Of a stretch of DNA of 64,000 bases, positions 31,190 through 38,893 are shown piece by piece. The notes beneath the pieces were generated by a model. The model ran no database searches and had not been told where the DNA came from. It was given only the letters and a program-made list of their open reading frames with translations. This DNA is from Terriglobia bacterium (GTDB taxonomy: Bacteria > Acidobacteriota > Terriglobia > Acidiferrales > UBA7541): contig CAWBTO010000002.1 in assembly GCA_963791705.1 (NCBI GenBank), positions 85,885 to 149,884 of the forward strand. Direction: 5' to 3'. Numbering within the stretch: the first letter of the stretch is position 1; the number at the start of each line of letters is the position of its first letter. Made by a program: the position numbers and the translations under genes.

Positions 31190-32002
31190 GTGATCCTCAA
31201 GAGCACGCTCAACGCACTGGCCTCGGTGATGTTCGCGGCGCCCTGCCGCGTCTGCGGCGGGGCGCTGCGCAATGCCAGCCGCATTCCCATCTGCACGGAC
31301 TGCTTGGAGGGGTTCCACCGCATCACCGGACCGGTGTGCCTGGGGTGCGGCCGGCCGATCACTTCGCCGGTGGCGGCGGAGGCGGGCCATCCGCTGTGCC
31401 GGCTGTGCCGCGCGGGCTTCTACGCCTTCGAGCGGGCGCGCAGCTTCGCCGCCTACGATGACGCGCTGTCCGAAGCGATCTCCCTGTTGAAGTACGAAGA
31501 GGTGACGCGCCTGGGGCAGTGGTTTGCGGCGCGGCTGGCGGAGACCGTGGCGCGCGAAGGCCTGGAATGGCGCGCCGACGTGGTGGTGCCCGTCCCGTTG
31601 CATCCGGAGCGGCAGCGCGAGCGCGGCTACAACCAGGCCGAGCTGATCGCGCGGCCTCTGGCGCGGCGTCTGGGGCTGCGGTTCGACCCGCATCTGTTGG
31701 TGCGCACCAAGCCGCGCCCGCCCCGCCTGCTGCTGTCGCGCCGCGAGCGCTGGGAATCGGTGCGTGGCGCCTACGCCACACGCCCCGGGCGGGAAGTTGA
31801 CAACCTGCGGGTGCTGCTGGTAGATGATGTAATGACGACCGGTGCGACGCTTGATTCCTGCGCGCGCGCCCTGAAGGATGCGGGGGCCGCCGCGGTAGCC
31901 GGGTTGACCGTCGCGCGGGTCCGCTCCTGGCAGGTTGCCCCGGGCCCCCTCGCAGGCCGAGAACCCCGAAGCAAACCGGACGGGCGTCACAAGCATCCAT
32001 AG
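31190..32002 (+). CDS. comF: ComF family protein (phosphoribosyltransferase domain)
   Basis: N-terminal Cys clusters CRVCGG...CTDC...CLGCG. PRTase motif VLLVDDVMTTGATL. Confidence 0.8.
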   Translation: MILKSTLNALASVMFAAPCRVCGGALRNASRIPICTDCLEGFHRITGPVCLGCGRPITSPVAAEAGHPLCRLCRAGFYAFERARSFAAYDDALSEAISLLKYEEVTRLGQWFAARLAETVAREGLEWRADVVVPVPLHPERQRERGYNQAELIARPLARRLGLRFDPHLLVRTKPRPPRLLLSRRERWESVRGAYATRPGREVDNLRVLLVDDVMTTGATLDSCARALKDAGAAAVAGLTVARVRSWQVAPGPLAGREPRSKPDGRHKHP

Positions 32003-32158
32003 CAGGGAAGGAGAGTTGCCTGGGCGAGCCCAGGTGGCCCCATGGAGAACCGGCACAAGAGCGGTCTGCGGCCCCGGCCGGACATCGGCCTGAGCGGGGT
32101 TGTGCTCGCTCCGCCGGCGGTCCGGCTCCCGGTTTCCGCGCCCAAGCGGATTTCCGTG

Positions 32159-32668
32159 ATGCAGGAACCGGTGCTGGTCCTGAACGCCACGTTCGAGCCC
32201 ATCAACGTCACGGCGGTGCGCCGCGCCCTGATCCTGATGCTGAAGGGTGTGGCCCAGGCCGAGGAAACCAACCACGCCGAGGTGCACTCGGCTTCGAAGT
32301 CGGTCCTGGTGCCGTCGGTGATCCGCCTGTTGAGCTACCGCCACATTCCCCAGCAGAGCCGGGCGCTTTCGCGCAAGAACATCCTGCTGCGCGACCGCAA
32401 CATGTGCCAGTTCTGCGGCCGGATTTTTCCCGCGTCGGAGCTGACGCTGGACCACGTGATGCCGCGTTCGCGGGGCGGCCGGTCGTCGTGGGAGAATCTG
32501 GTGGCGTGCTGCTACGCCTGCAACAACCGCAAGGGCGACCGCACCCCGGAAGAGGCCGGACTCAAGCTGCAGCGCCGGCCGCGTCCGTTCACCCTGCACA
32601 CCTCGCGGCAGCTGATGCGCCTGATCGGGCATCGCGACGAGAAGTGGCGCAAGTACCTGTTCTACTGA
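32159..32668 (+). CDS. HNH endonuclease
   Basis: [37 protein letters not shown] 32159 ([17 protein letters not shown]) chosen over the longer ORF. Confidence 0.8.
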   Translation: MQEPVLVLNATFEPINVTAVRRALILMLKGVAQAEETNHAEVHSASKSVLVPSVIRLLSYRHIPQQSRALSRKNILLRDRNMCQFCGRIFPASELTLDHVMPRSRGGRSSWENLVACCYACNNRKGDRTPEEAGLKLQRRPRPFTLHTSRQLMRLIGHRDEKWRKYLFY

Positions 32669-32847
32669 CCGCGGCGGCCGGCCGGAAAATAGCGAAACAC
32701 CCTTTTCGGTCTTCCAGCGTCTAAGTAAGTAAGCAAGCACATCCAGGACACACCCCGGGAAGCGCGGCCGAAATTTCTGGCCCGCTTCCCTTTCCCTTTT
32801 TTGCGCCCCCGGCGGGCCGGAGGGCCCCCGCGCCTTCGGGGGCGGGT

Positions 32848-33669
32848 CTAGTGCAGCCGCGGCCGCAGTCCTTCGGCGAACGTCTCGATGCGGCTAAGCG
32901 GGACGATGGCAATGCCCTGGTCCTCGAACAGCCGCGCGACGAACTGGTGGCGGGGGTTGTCGCGCGACGGCTCCACCTCGGTGATGGCGGTGAACTCGGC
33001 GTGCGCGGTGCGCAGGCGGATGCGCTCGGCGGTGTAGGCGAGCACTTTGGCCTGGGCGGGATCGCGGCCCAGGGCGACGGCGTGCAGGTAGCCGCGCGTG
33101 CCGTTGTAGCGGCAGGCGTAGTCCAGGCGCAGGGGATCGCCCGGGTGGGTGAACTCGTCGACGCGGATGCTGCGTTCGAGATGGCGGAGAATGCGATGCC
33201 GCCGGAACACGTCGTTGAGGCGGGCGCGGATCCAGGCCCGCGTGTTTTCGACGATCCCGCCGCGGGCCCACGCCGGCGGCGCGACGTGGTCGCGGAACAG
33301 GCGGTCCATTTCGGCGTCGAAATCCCCGGCCAGCAGGGCCCTCTGCGGGCTGAATTGCAGGACGTTGGACAGCGTCTGGCCCAGCTTTTCCAGATAGGCG
33401 GCCACTTCGTTCTCGGGGGCGCGCAGCCGCGCGTCGAATTCGGCCGGCAAGGCGCGCAGCAGTTCCTCATCGGCGCCGGGGTGAAGCCGCCGCACGCGGG
33501 CGATTTCGCCGGGCTCTTCGACCAGGCGCAGGGCGCGGCGCGGCCGGGCCGGATTTCCGGAGCCGGGGATTTCCTCCAGCAGCACGCCGATGTTGACCCA
33601 CTCGTCGCGGACGAGGTTGGGGGTGTAACGCAGGACCCGGTAGCGGAGCGTCGTGTATGGTTCCGGCAT
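32848..33669 (-). CDS. DUF3037 domain-containing protein
   Basis: N-terminus LRYRVLRYTPNLVRDEWVNIGVLLEE matches my recollection of the DUF3037 signature. The ATG lies 3 nt after the stop of the upstream kinase gene. Confidence 0.7.
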   Translation of the reverse strand: MPEPYTTLRYRVLRYTPNLVRDEWVNIGVLLEEIPGSGNPARPRRALRLVEEPGEIARVRRLHPGADEELLRALPAEFDARLRAPENEVAAYLEKLGQTLSNVLQFSPQRALLAGDFDAEMDRLFRDHVAPPAWARGGIVENTRAWIRARLNDVFRRHRILRHLERSIRVDEFTHPGDPLRLDYACRYNGTRGYLHAVALGRDPAQAKVLAYTAERIRLRTAHAEFTAITEVEPSRDNPRHQFVARLFEDQGIAIVPLSRIETFAEGLRPRLH

Positions 33670-33672
33670 GGT

Positions 33673-34470
33673 TCACGTCCAGTGGGGAAAGGGTTGGGCC
33701 GACGACTTCCAGGCCGCGCGGATCAGTTCGCGGACCAGCTTGCGCCGCCGCAGGAGTTGTTCGAGCAACTGTTCCAGCGCGTCCATCTGGAAATCGTACC
33801 ACTCGGGGGGAATCTCGCTGGCGGCCTGTTCGAGCACGCTTGCGGTCATTCGTTCCTCCAGGCGCACGAGCCAGGGCTCAAACGACTCGATCCCGCGCAC
33901 CGATTCGTAGACGCGGTGGCGCGCGTAGAGCCCGCGCAGGGGCGCGTCGGGAAAATTCCATTCCCCGGCGTTGAAGCAGAAGCCATGGTCGATCAGCTGG
34001 GCCTGGTAGCGTGGCTCGCCCCGGGCGCGAAAGAAGATCGCCTGGCGGCCGTTGGTGTTGCAGGTCCATTTGTCGAAGACCAGCGCGCCGCAGAAATCGG
34101 CGAGGTTCACCACCTCCCGCAGCTGCTCGTCGGGAAGAAAATCGTAGGCCACGGTCTGCGCCGGCGAGCCCGGATAGCGCGAGCCGAACTGCTGTCCCGG
34201 CCGGCAGCGCGCCGTGTGCCGCCCGAGCTGCATCACCAGGTCTTCGGTGTGCTCGATCAAGCTGGCCTGCACCTCCACGACGGCGGCGGCCGGCGTGGGC
34301 AGTCCGAGGCGGGCCGCCAGGCGTGTTCCCAGCAATTCATTCACCAGAATGCGCGGGCCCTGCGGGTTGTTCTGGAATTTGACCACGTAGTAGCCCTCGT
34401 CCTCGCAACGCATCAGTTGCGACTGGGCTCCTCCGCGCATTCTCCGGATCTGCTCGATGGCCCGCGGCAT
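33673..34470 (-). CDS. HipA-like / PI3-PI4-like small kinase
   Basis: Ordered motifs RGGAQSQL, YVVKF, FDKWTCNTNGRQ (D-x4-N) and LIDHGFCF. 265 aa, with no HipA N-terminal domain. Confidence 0.68.
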   Translation of the reverse strand: MPRAIEQIRRMRGGAQSQLMRCEDEGYYVVKFQNNPQGPRILVNELLGTRLAARLGLPTPAAAVVEVQASLIEHTEDLVMQLGRHTARCRPGQQFGSRYPGSPAQTVAYDFLPDEQLREVVNLADFCGALVFDKWTCNTNGRQAIFFRARGEPRYQAQLIDHGFCFNAGEWNFPDAPLRGLYARHRVYESVRGIESFEPWLVRLEERMTASVLEQAASEIPPEWYDFQMDALEQLLEQLLRRRKLVRELIRAAWKSSAQPFPHWT

Positions 34471-34478
34471 TGGGCCGT

Positions 34479-34508
34479 ATGCTAGCTATCGAAAGGGGAT
34501 TACTGCAA
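34479..34508 (-). promoter_or_regulatory. candidate sigma70-type promoter (TTGCAG-N18-TAGCAT) for the kinase/DUF3037 operon, possibly giving a leaderless mRNA
   Basis: The hexamers were read on the minus strand. The -10 element ends 8 nt before ATG 34470, and no SD lies in between. Confidence 0.3.
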
Positions 34509-34707
34509 GGGGAACATTTCAAATCGGGAAATGGCCGCCGGGCCGCCCCGCGTGGCGCGAGGGCCCCAGGCGATGGCCCACCGCCCGAAAAACGACCGAA
34601 AAACAACGCCGGCCCGGAGATCCAAGCAGGAAAGCGCGCCGCCCCACCCGGGCGCCAAGCCGCCGCCAAGCCAGCCGCGCGCCCGTCACTCCGCATGCCG
34701 GGGTGCC

Positions 34708-35031
34708 TCAGCGCCTCTTTCGACGGCCGCCCTTTTTCGCGCGCGCCTTCTTGGCCTTGCGTTTCGGCCTGGCCTTGGCTTTTTTCTTCCGGGGAGCTGC
34801 CTTCTTGGGCTTCTTGGCCTTCTTGGCTTTTTTGGCCTTCCGTGCGGGCGCGGATTTGCGGCGAGCTGGCGCCGCCGGAGCAGGGGCTTCCTCCTCGGCG
34901 GGCTCTTCCTCGACGATCACCTCTTCGACTTCTTCTTCTACCAAATCCTGCCCCTGTTCCAGCCCTTCTTCTTCCTCTTCGTAGCGGGGCAATTCGTCGT
35001 CTTCCTCATCGTGCATCTTGGCGTAAAACAT
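34708..35031 (-). CDS. hypothetical highly charged protein: acidic N-terminal half, Lys/Arg/Ala-rich histone H1-like C-terminal half
   Basis: ATG 35031 lies 5 nt after GGAGGA. Translation MFYAKMHDEEDDELPRYEEEEEGLEQGQDLVEEEVEEVIVEEEPAEEE...ARKAKKAKKAKKPKKAAPRKKKAKARPKRKAKKARAKKGGRRKRR. Confidence 0.7.
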   Translation of the reverse strand: MFYAKMHDEEDDELPRYEEEEEGLEQGQDLVEEEVEEVIVEEEPAEEEAPAPAAPARRKSAPARKAKKAKKAKKPKKAAPRKKKAKARPKRKAKKARAKKGGRRKRR

Positions 35032-35242
35032 TTCGATCCTCCGTAAGGGCTCTCGGGAAAGGGTTGCACTCCTCGCGCTTATAAACGGAGTGTTGGAAGC
35101 TTGTCAAGGTACAAAGAGCCGAAAATTCAGATGGTTACCTGTTGGGCAGGGCATCGGGAGCAGTCGGCAGGACGGCCCCGGCACCCCGTATCTTGTATAG
35201 GCTACGTCGGTTAAACCCGTAATCCGAGCGAAAAACCCCCGT

Positions 35243-37150
35243 TCAGCGCCGGATCGTCAGCACGTCGCCGGCCTGCAGGTCGCGATCGGCCAGAAAGGCG
35301 TTCCACTGCCGCAGGGCCGAGACCGTCGTCTGGTACTGACGCGCGATCGAATACAGCGTCTCGCCCGGCTTGACGCGATATTCCAGCGTGGAGGATTCTT
35401 CCGATCCGCGCTCGGCCACGCTTTTCATCGCCAAGTGCCCGCGAGAGGCCGGCTTCGCCTCGCCGCGGGAAGCGCCCGGGGGAACACCCCCGGCGTAGAT
35501 GCGTAGCCGCGAGCCACGCGCCACGTGGCCGCCGCGGATATGATTCCAGCGCTTCAGTTCCTCCACGGTGACGTCGAAGCGGTCCGCAATTCCTTCCAGG
35601 CTGTCGTCCCGCTGCACGCGGTAGCGCACCAGCCGCGCCGCCGGAGGCGGGGTCGGCACATTCAGCAGGGAACCGGCCGCCACCGTGGCGTGCGCGTCCA
35701 GATGATTGGCCGCCGCCAAGGCCGCGACGGTCACGCGATACTGCCGCGCAATCTCCCCCAGCGTCTCCCCCGAGGCGACGGCATGGAGCCGCCAGCTCGT
35801 CCATTTCTCCTCGGGAACCTGCGCGATGTTCTGCTGGAACGTCTTGGCCGCGCCCGCCGGCAGCCGCAATTCAAAGCCCGATTCCTTGGGCGTGAGGCCG
35901 TGCAGCAATTGCGGGTTCAGAAGTTGCAGGTCGTCGACGTCGGCGCCCGAGGCATCGGCGGCCAGACGCAGGCTGACCGGATGCAACAGCTGGATGGTCT
36001 CGGCCGCCGGCGGCTTCTCCGGATCGATCTGGACTCCGTACAGCGCCGGGTCCTTGGCCACCAGGGCCAGCGCCAGAATAATGGGCACGTAGTTCTGGGT
36101 TTGCTTCGGCAGGGCCTTGCGTTTCTGCAGCTCCCAGAAATCGGCGTAGCCGGTGCGCTGCACCGCCTTCACCACCGTTCCGGGCCCCGAATTGTAGGCC
36201 GCCATCACCAGATACCAGTCGCCGAACATGGCGTAGAGGTCGCGCATATGGCGGGCCGCGGCGCGCGTCGCTTTTTCCGGATCGCTGCGCTCGTCCACCC
36301 AGTAGCTCCGCTCCAGATCGTACTGCTCGCCGCGGAACGGCATGAACTGCCAGATGCCGCGCGCCCCGGAGTGGGAAACCGCCCGCGGCTGAAACGCGCT
36401 CTCGGCCTGTGCCAGATAGATCAGGTCCTGCGGCACGCCTTCTTCCTGGAGCACGCGCCGGATCATCTCGCTGTAGCGGCCGGCGCGTTCCAGTCCGTGT
36501 TCGACAATGGCCCGGCCGCGCGGGGTGCTGAAAAAACTCAAATACTGCAGGACCGATTGATTCACCGTCAGCGGCAGATCGTGGCGGACGCTGATCAGTT
36601 CCTTTTGGGCCTTGCGCGCCAGCACCGGATCGCCCTCCGGCAGATCGATGTCGGCGATTTCATCAATCACCGCGGGTTCGGCCGGCGGCGCCAATTCGTC
36701 CTCGCTCTCCGCCGCCACGCTCAGCTCGTCGGAATGCAGCTCCTCGCCCAGCTGATCGAATAATTTCGAAAGCCGCGGGTCGGAGTCGGCCTGAAAGCCG
36801 CTCTTCAGGATCAAATCGAGGGCGTGATCGAAATCGGCGGCGGCCTTGGCCGGGTTGCCGGCCTGTTCTTCCTGTTGCCCGGCGTCGAAGCTGGCCTGCA
36901 CCTTCTCCACCAGGATGTCGATGGCCGGCCGGGGACCCCGCGACGGGGACGCATTCGAGACATGGCGCTCGGGCAGGGGAAGAGGTGGCCTCGCCGCGGC
37001 CGGTGGTTGTGCCGCAGCCGGCGTCGGCGCGGCTGCAGGCGGCTGCACGCGTACCTGCTTTGAACCGGTTTCCTGGCAGCCCACCAACAGAAAAATCCCG
37101 GCTGCCAGCAGGACCGAACTGGTACCCCTACGCTTCATCAATGGCCTCAC
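35243..37150 (-). CDS. lytic murein transglycosylase (SLT domain) with three C-terminal LysM domains, lipoprotein signal
   Basis: Lipobox LLVGC. SLT motifs AESAFQPRAVSHSGARGIWQFMP and AYNSGPG. LysM repeats (GETLGEIARQYRVTV, DDSLEGIADRFDVTV, GETLYSIARQYQTTV). Confidence 0.85.
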   Translation of the reverse strand: MRPLMKRRGTSSVLLAAGIFLLVGCQETGSKQVRVQPPAAAPTPAAAQPPAAARPPLPLPERHVSNASPSRGPRPAIDILVEKVQASFDAGQQEEQAGNPAKAAADFDHALDLILKSGFQADSDPRLSKLFDQLGEELHSDELSVAAESEDELAPPAEPAVIDEIADIDLPEGDPVLARKAQKELISVRHDLPLTVNQSVLQYLSFFSTPRGRAIVEHGLERAGRYSEMIRRVLQEEGVPQDLIYLAQAESAFQPRAVSHSGARGIWQFMPFRGEQYDLERSYWVDERSDPEKATRAAARHMRDLYAMFGDWYLVMAAYNSGPGTVVKAVQRTGYADFWELQKRKALPKQTQNYVPIILALALVAKDPALYGVQIDPEKPPAAETIQLLHPVSLRLAADASGADVDDLQLLNPQLLHGLTPKESGFELRLPAGAAKTFQQNIAQVPEEKWTSWRLHAVASGETLGEIARQYRVTVAALAAANHLDAHATVAAGSLLNVPTPPPAARLVRYRVQRDDSLEGIADRFDVTVEELKRWNHIRGGHVARGSRLRIYAGGVPPGASRGEAKPASRGHLAMKSVAERGSEESSTLEYRVKPGETLYSIARQYQTTVSALRQWNAFLADRDLQAGDVLTIRR

Positions 37151-37436
37151 GCCCCCACAGGGAATCCTGTACGTTGGAGGCCGGAGGGCAGTTTCTGGTG
37201 CCCGCCTGGTGCCCCCGCGTCTGCTTGCAGGATAACGGAAATCTTACGAGGTACTTACGGGCAGCGTCAATGCCCGTGCCGAACCTGCCGTTAACGATAT
37301 CAGGACATCCAGTACTATTCAGTTTTCGACCACGGTGAGCAGTCTCGTGCCCTTGCGGGGCACGCGGCGTGTACAGCCTTATAGCACTGCGCAAACGGTC
37401 CCGCCAAGTCCCCGAAAAGCGGCTTGGACTGGAGAC

Positions 37437-38621
37437 CTAGCGGAGGGCCTGCCGGAGGTCTTCGATGAGGTCCTGGGGATCCTCGAGGCCCACCGAGACG
37501 CGCACTGTGCCGGGCTCGATGCCGACCTCGCGGAGTTCCGCAGCCGACATGCGGTGATGTGACGTGTAGATCGGCAATACCACCAGTGACTCGGTTCCTC
37601 CCAGGCTGGCTGCCAGGAGAAAGACGCGCACGCGGTCGCAGAAACGCCGCGCGCCCGCCAGGCCGCCCTTGTGGTCGAAGGCCAGCATCCCGCCGAAACC
37701 GGTCATCTGGCGCCGCGCCAGGCGGTGATCGGGATGGGATGCCAGGCCCGGGTAGTGAACGCGCGCGACCTTCGGATGTTTTTCCAAAAACTTCGCCACC
37801 GCCAGCGCCGAGGAGCAGTGGCGCGCCACACGGACCTCCAGAGTCTTCATCCCCCGGATCATCAGGAAGGCCGCCTCAGGGTCCATCGACCCGCCCAGTT
37901 GCACGACGTATTGCCGCACCTTGCGGATCAGCTCGGCGCTTCCGGCCGCCGCGCCCGCCACCACGTCGGAATGCCCGGATAGATACTTCGACGCGCTGTG
38001 CACGACGATGTTGAAGCCCATCTGCAGCGGCTTCTGCAGCACCGGCGTGGCAAACGTGTTGTCCACCACCGAGACCAAGCCCCATTCCTGCGCGAACGCC
38101 GCGGCCTTCTTCAAATCCACCAGGCGCAGCGCTGGATTGGTGGGCGTCTCGACGTACAGCGCCTTGGTCCGCGGGCTCACCAGCTGTTCGATCCCCGCCA
38201 GGTCGGCTTCGACGTGGCGCACGCCGATGCCGTAGCGGGGAAGGATGTCGCGCATCAGGCGGTAGCTGCCGCCGTAGAGCTGCCGCGTGGCGATCAGTTC
38301 GTCGCCGGCGCGCAGCAGCGAAAACAGCGCCGCCGAAATCGCGGCCGAACCCGAGGCCGTGACCACGGCGGCTTCGGCCCCTTCCAGCGCCGCAAGTTTT
38401 TTCTCCGCCACGGCCAGCGTCGGATTGCCGTAGCGCGTGTAGATGTACGCCGAACTCTTTCCCTCGGCCCAGCGCTTCATCTCCTCCGTGCTGGCGAAGG
38501 TGAAGGTCGAGGTGCGCGCAATCGAGACGCCCACCGGCGCGCCTACGTGAGAGCGTTCTTCTCCCGCGTGGATGGCGAGTGTCGCATCGCCCAGGCGTTT
38601 TGTTTTCGAAGTTTTCTTCAT
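37437..38621 (-). CDS. Cys/Met metabolism PLP-dependent enzyme (cystathionine gamma-synthase / beta-lyase / gamma-lyase family)
   Basis: PLP-lysine context SASKYLSGHSDVVAG. Family-wide similarity throughout. ATG 38621 chosen. Confidence 0.85.
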   Translation of the reverse strand: MKKTSKTKRLGDATLAIHAGEERSHVGAPVGVSIARTSTFTFASTEEMKRWAEGKSSAYIYTRYGNPTLAVAEKKLAALEGAEAAVVTASGSAAISAALFSLLRAGDELIATRQLYGGSYRLMRDILPRYGIGVRHVEADLAGIEQLVSPRTKALYVETPTNPALRLVDLKKAAAFAQEWGLVSVVDNTFATPVLQKPLQMGFNIVVHSASKYLSGHSDVVAGAAAGSAELIRKVRQYVVQLGGSMDPEAAFLMIRGMKTLEVRVARHCSSALAVAKFLEKHPKVARVHYPGLASHPDHRLARRQMTGFGGMLAFDHKGGLAGARRFCDRVRVFLLAASLGGTESLVVLPIYTSHHRMSAAELREVGIEPGTVRVSVGLEDPQDLIEDLRQALR

Positions 38622-38893
38622 GGCCTCAGCAGGTTTACGCAATTTCCGCGCCACCGCAAGCGCCAATTTGGAAGGGGGGGCGGGAGCCCGGAAAGGTGGT
38701 AGGTCGTAGGGGGTAGGGTTTAGGGGAAAGGGGTGAAGCCGCCACGAAGTAGAAGTGATCCAGACGGACGGCTACAATTATGGCTTTGGACATGAGTTCG
38801 GGGCGTGCCGTGCCCCAGAGACCCCGCAGCAGAACTACAAACTGCAGCCAATTCGTACCTACACACTAATCCCTACGACCTACGACCTTTCTC

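Noticed and set aside
32003-32158. Mobile-element or prophage context for the HNH / kinase / DUF3037 region.
   Set aside because: No integrase, transposase, tRNA attachment site, inverted terminal repeats or compositional break could be seen around 31-35 kb. The module appears embedded in ordinary chromosomal context.
30794-32740. 648-aa minus-strand ORF spanning dksA-like, comF and the HNH gene.
   Set aside because: It is a shadow ORF. The plus strand carries zinc-finger, PRTase and HNH motifs in three separate well-delimited genes.
32851-34485. 544-aa plus-strand ORF covering the whole kinase/DUF3037 locus.
   Set aside because: The translation is low complexity (GGxxAAxxRR style) and lacks motifs. 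The minus-strand ORFs have ordered kinase motifs, the DUF3037 N-terminal signature and a 3-nt coupled junction.
34470-35084. Plus-strand ORFs (204 and 171 aa) opposite the highly charged protein gene.
   Set aside because: They lack an SD and have Pro/Ala/Arg/Leu-rich translations that mirror the charged repeats. The minus-strand ORF has a canonical GGAGGA-N5-ATG.
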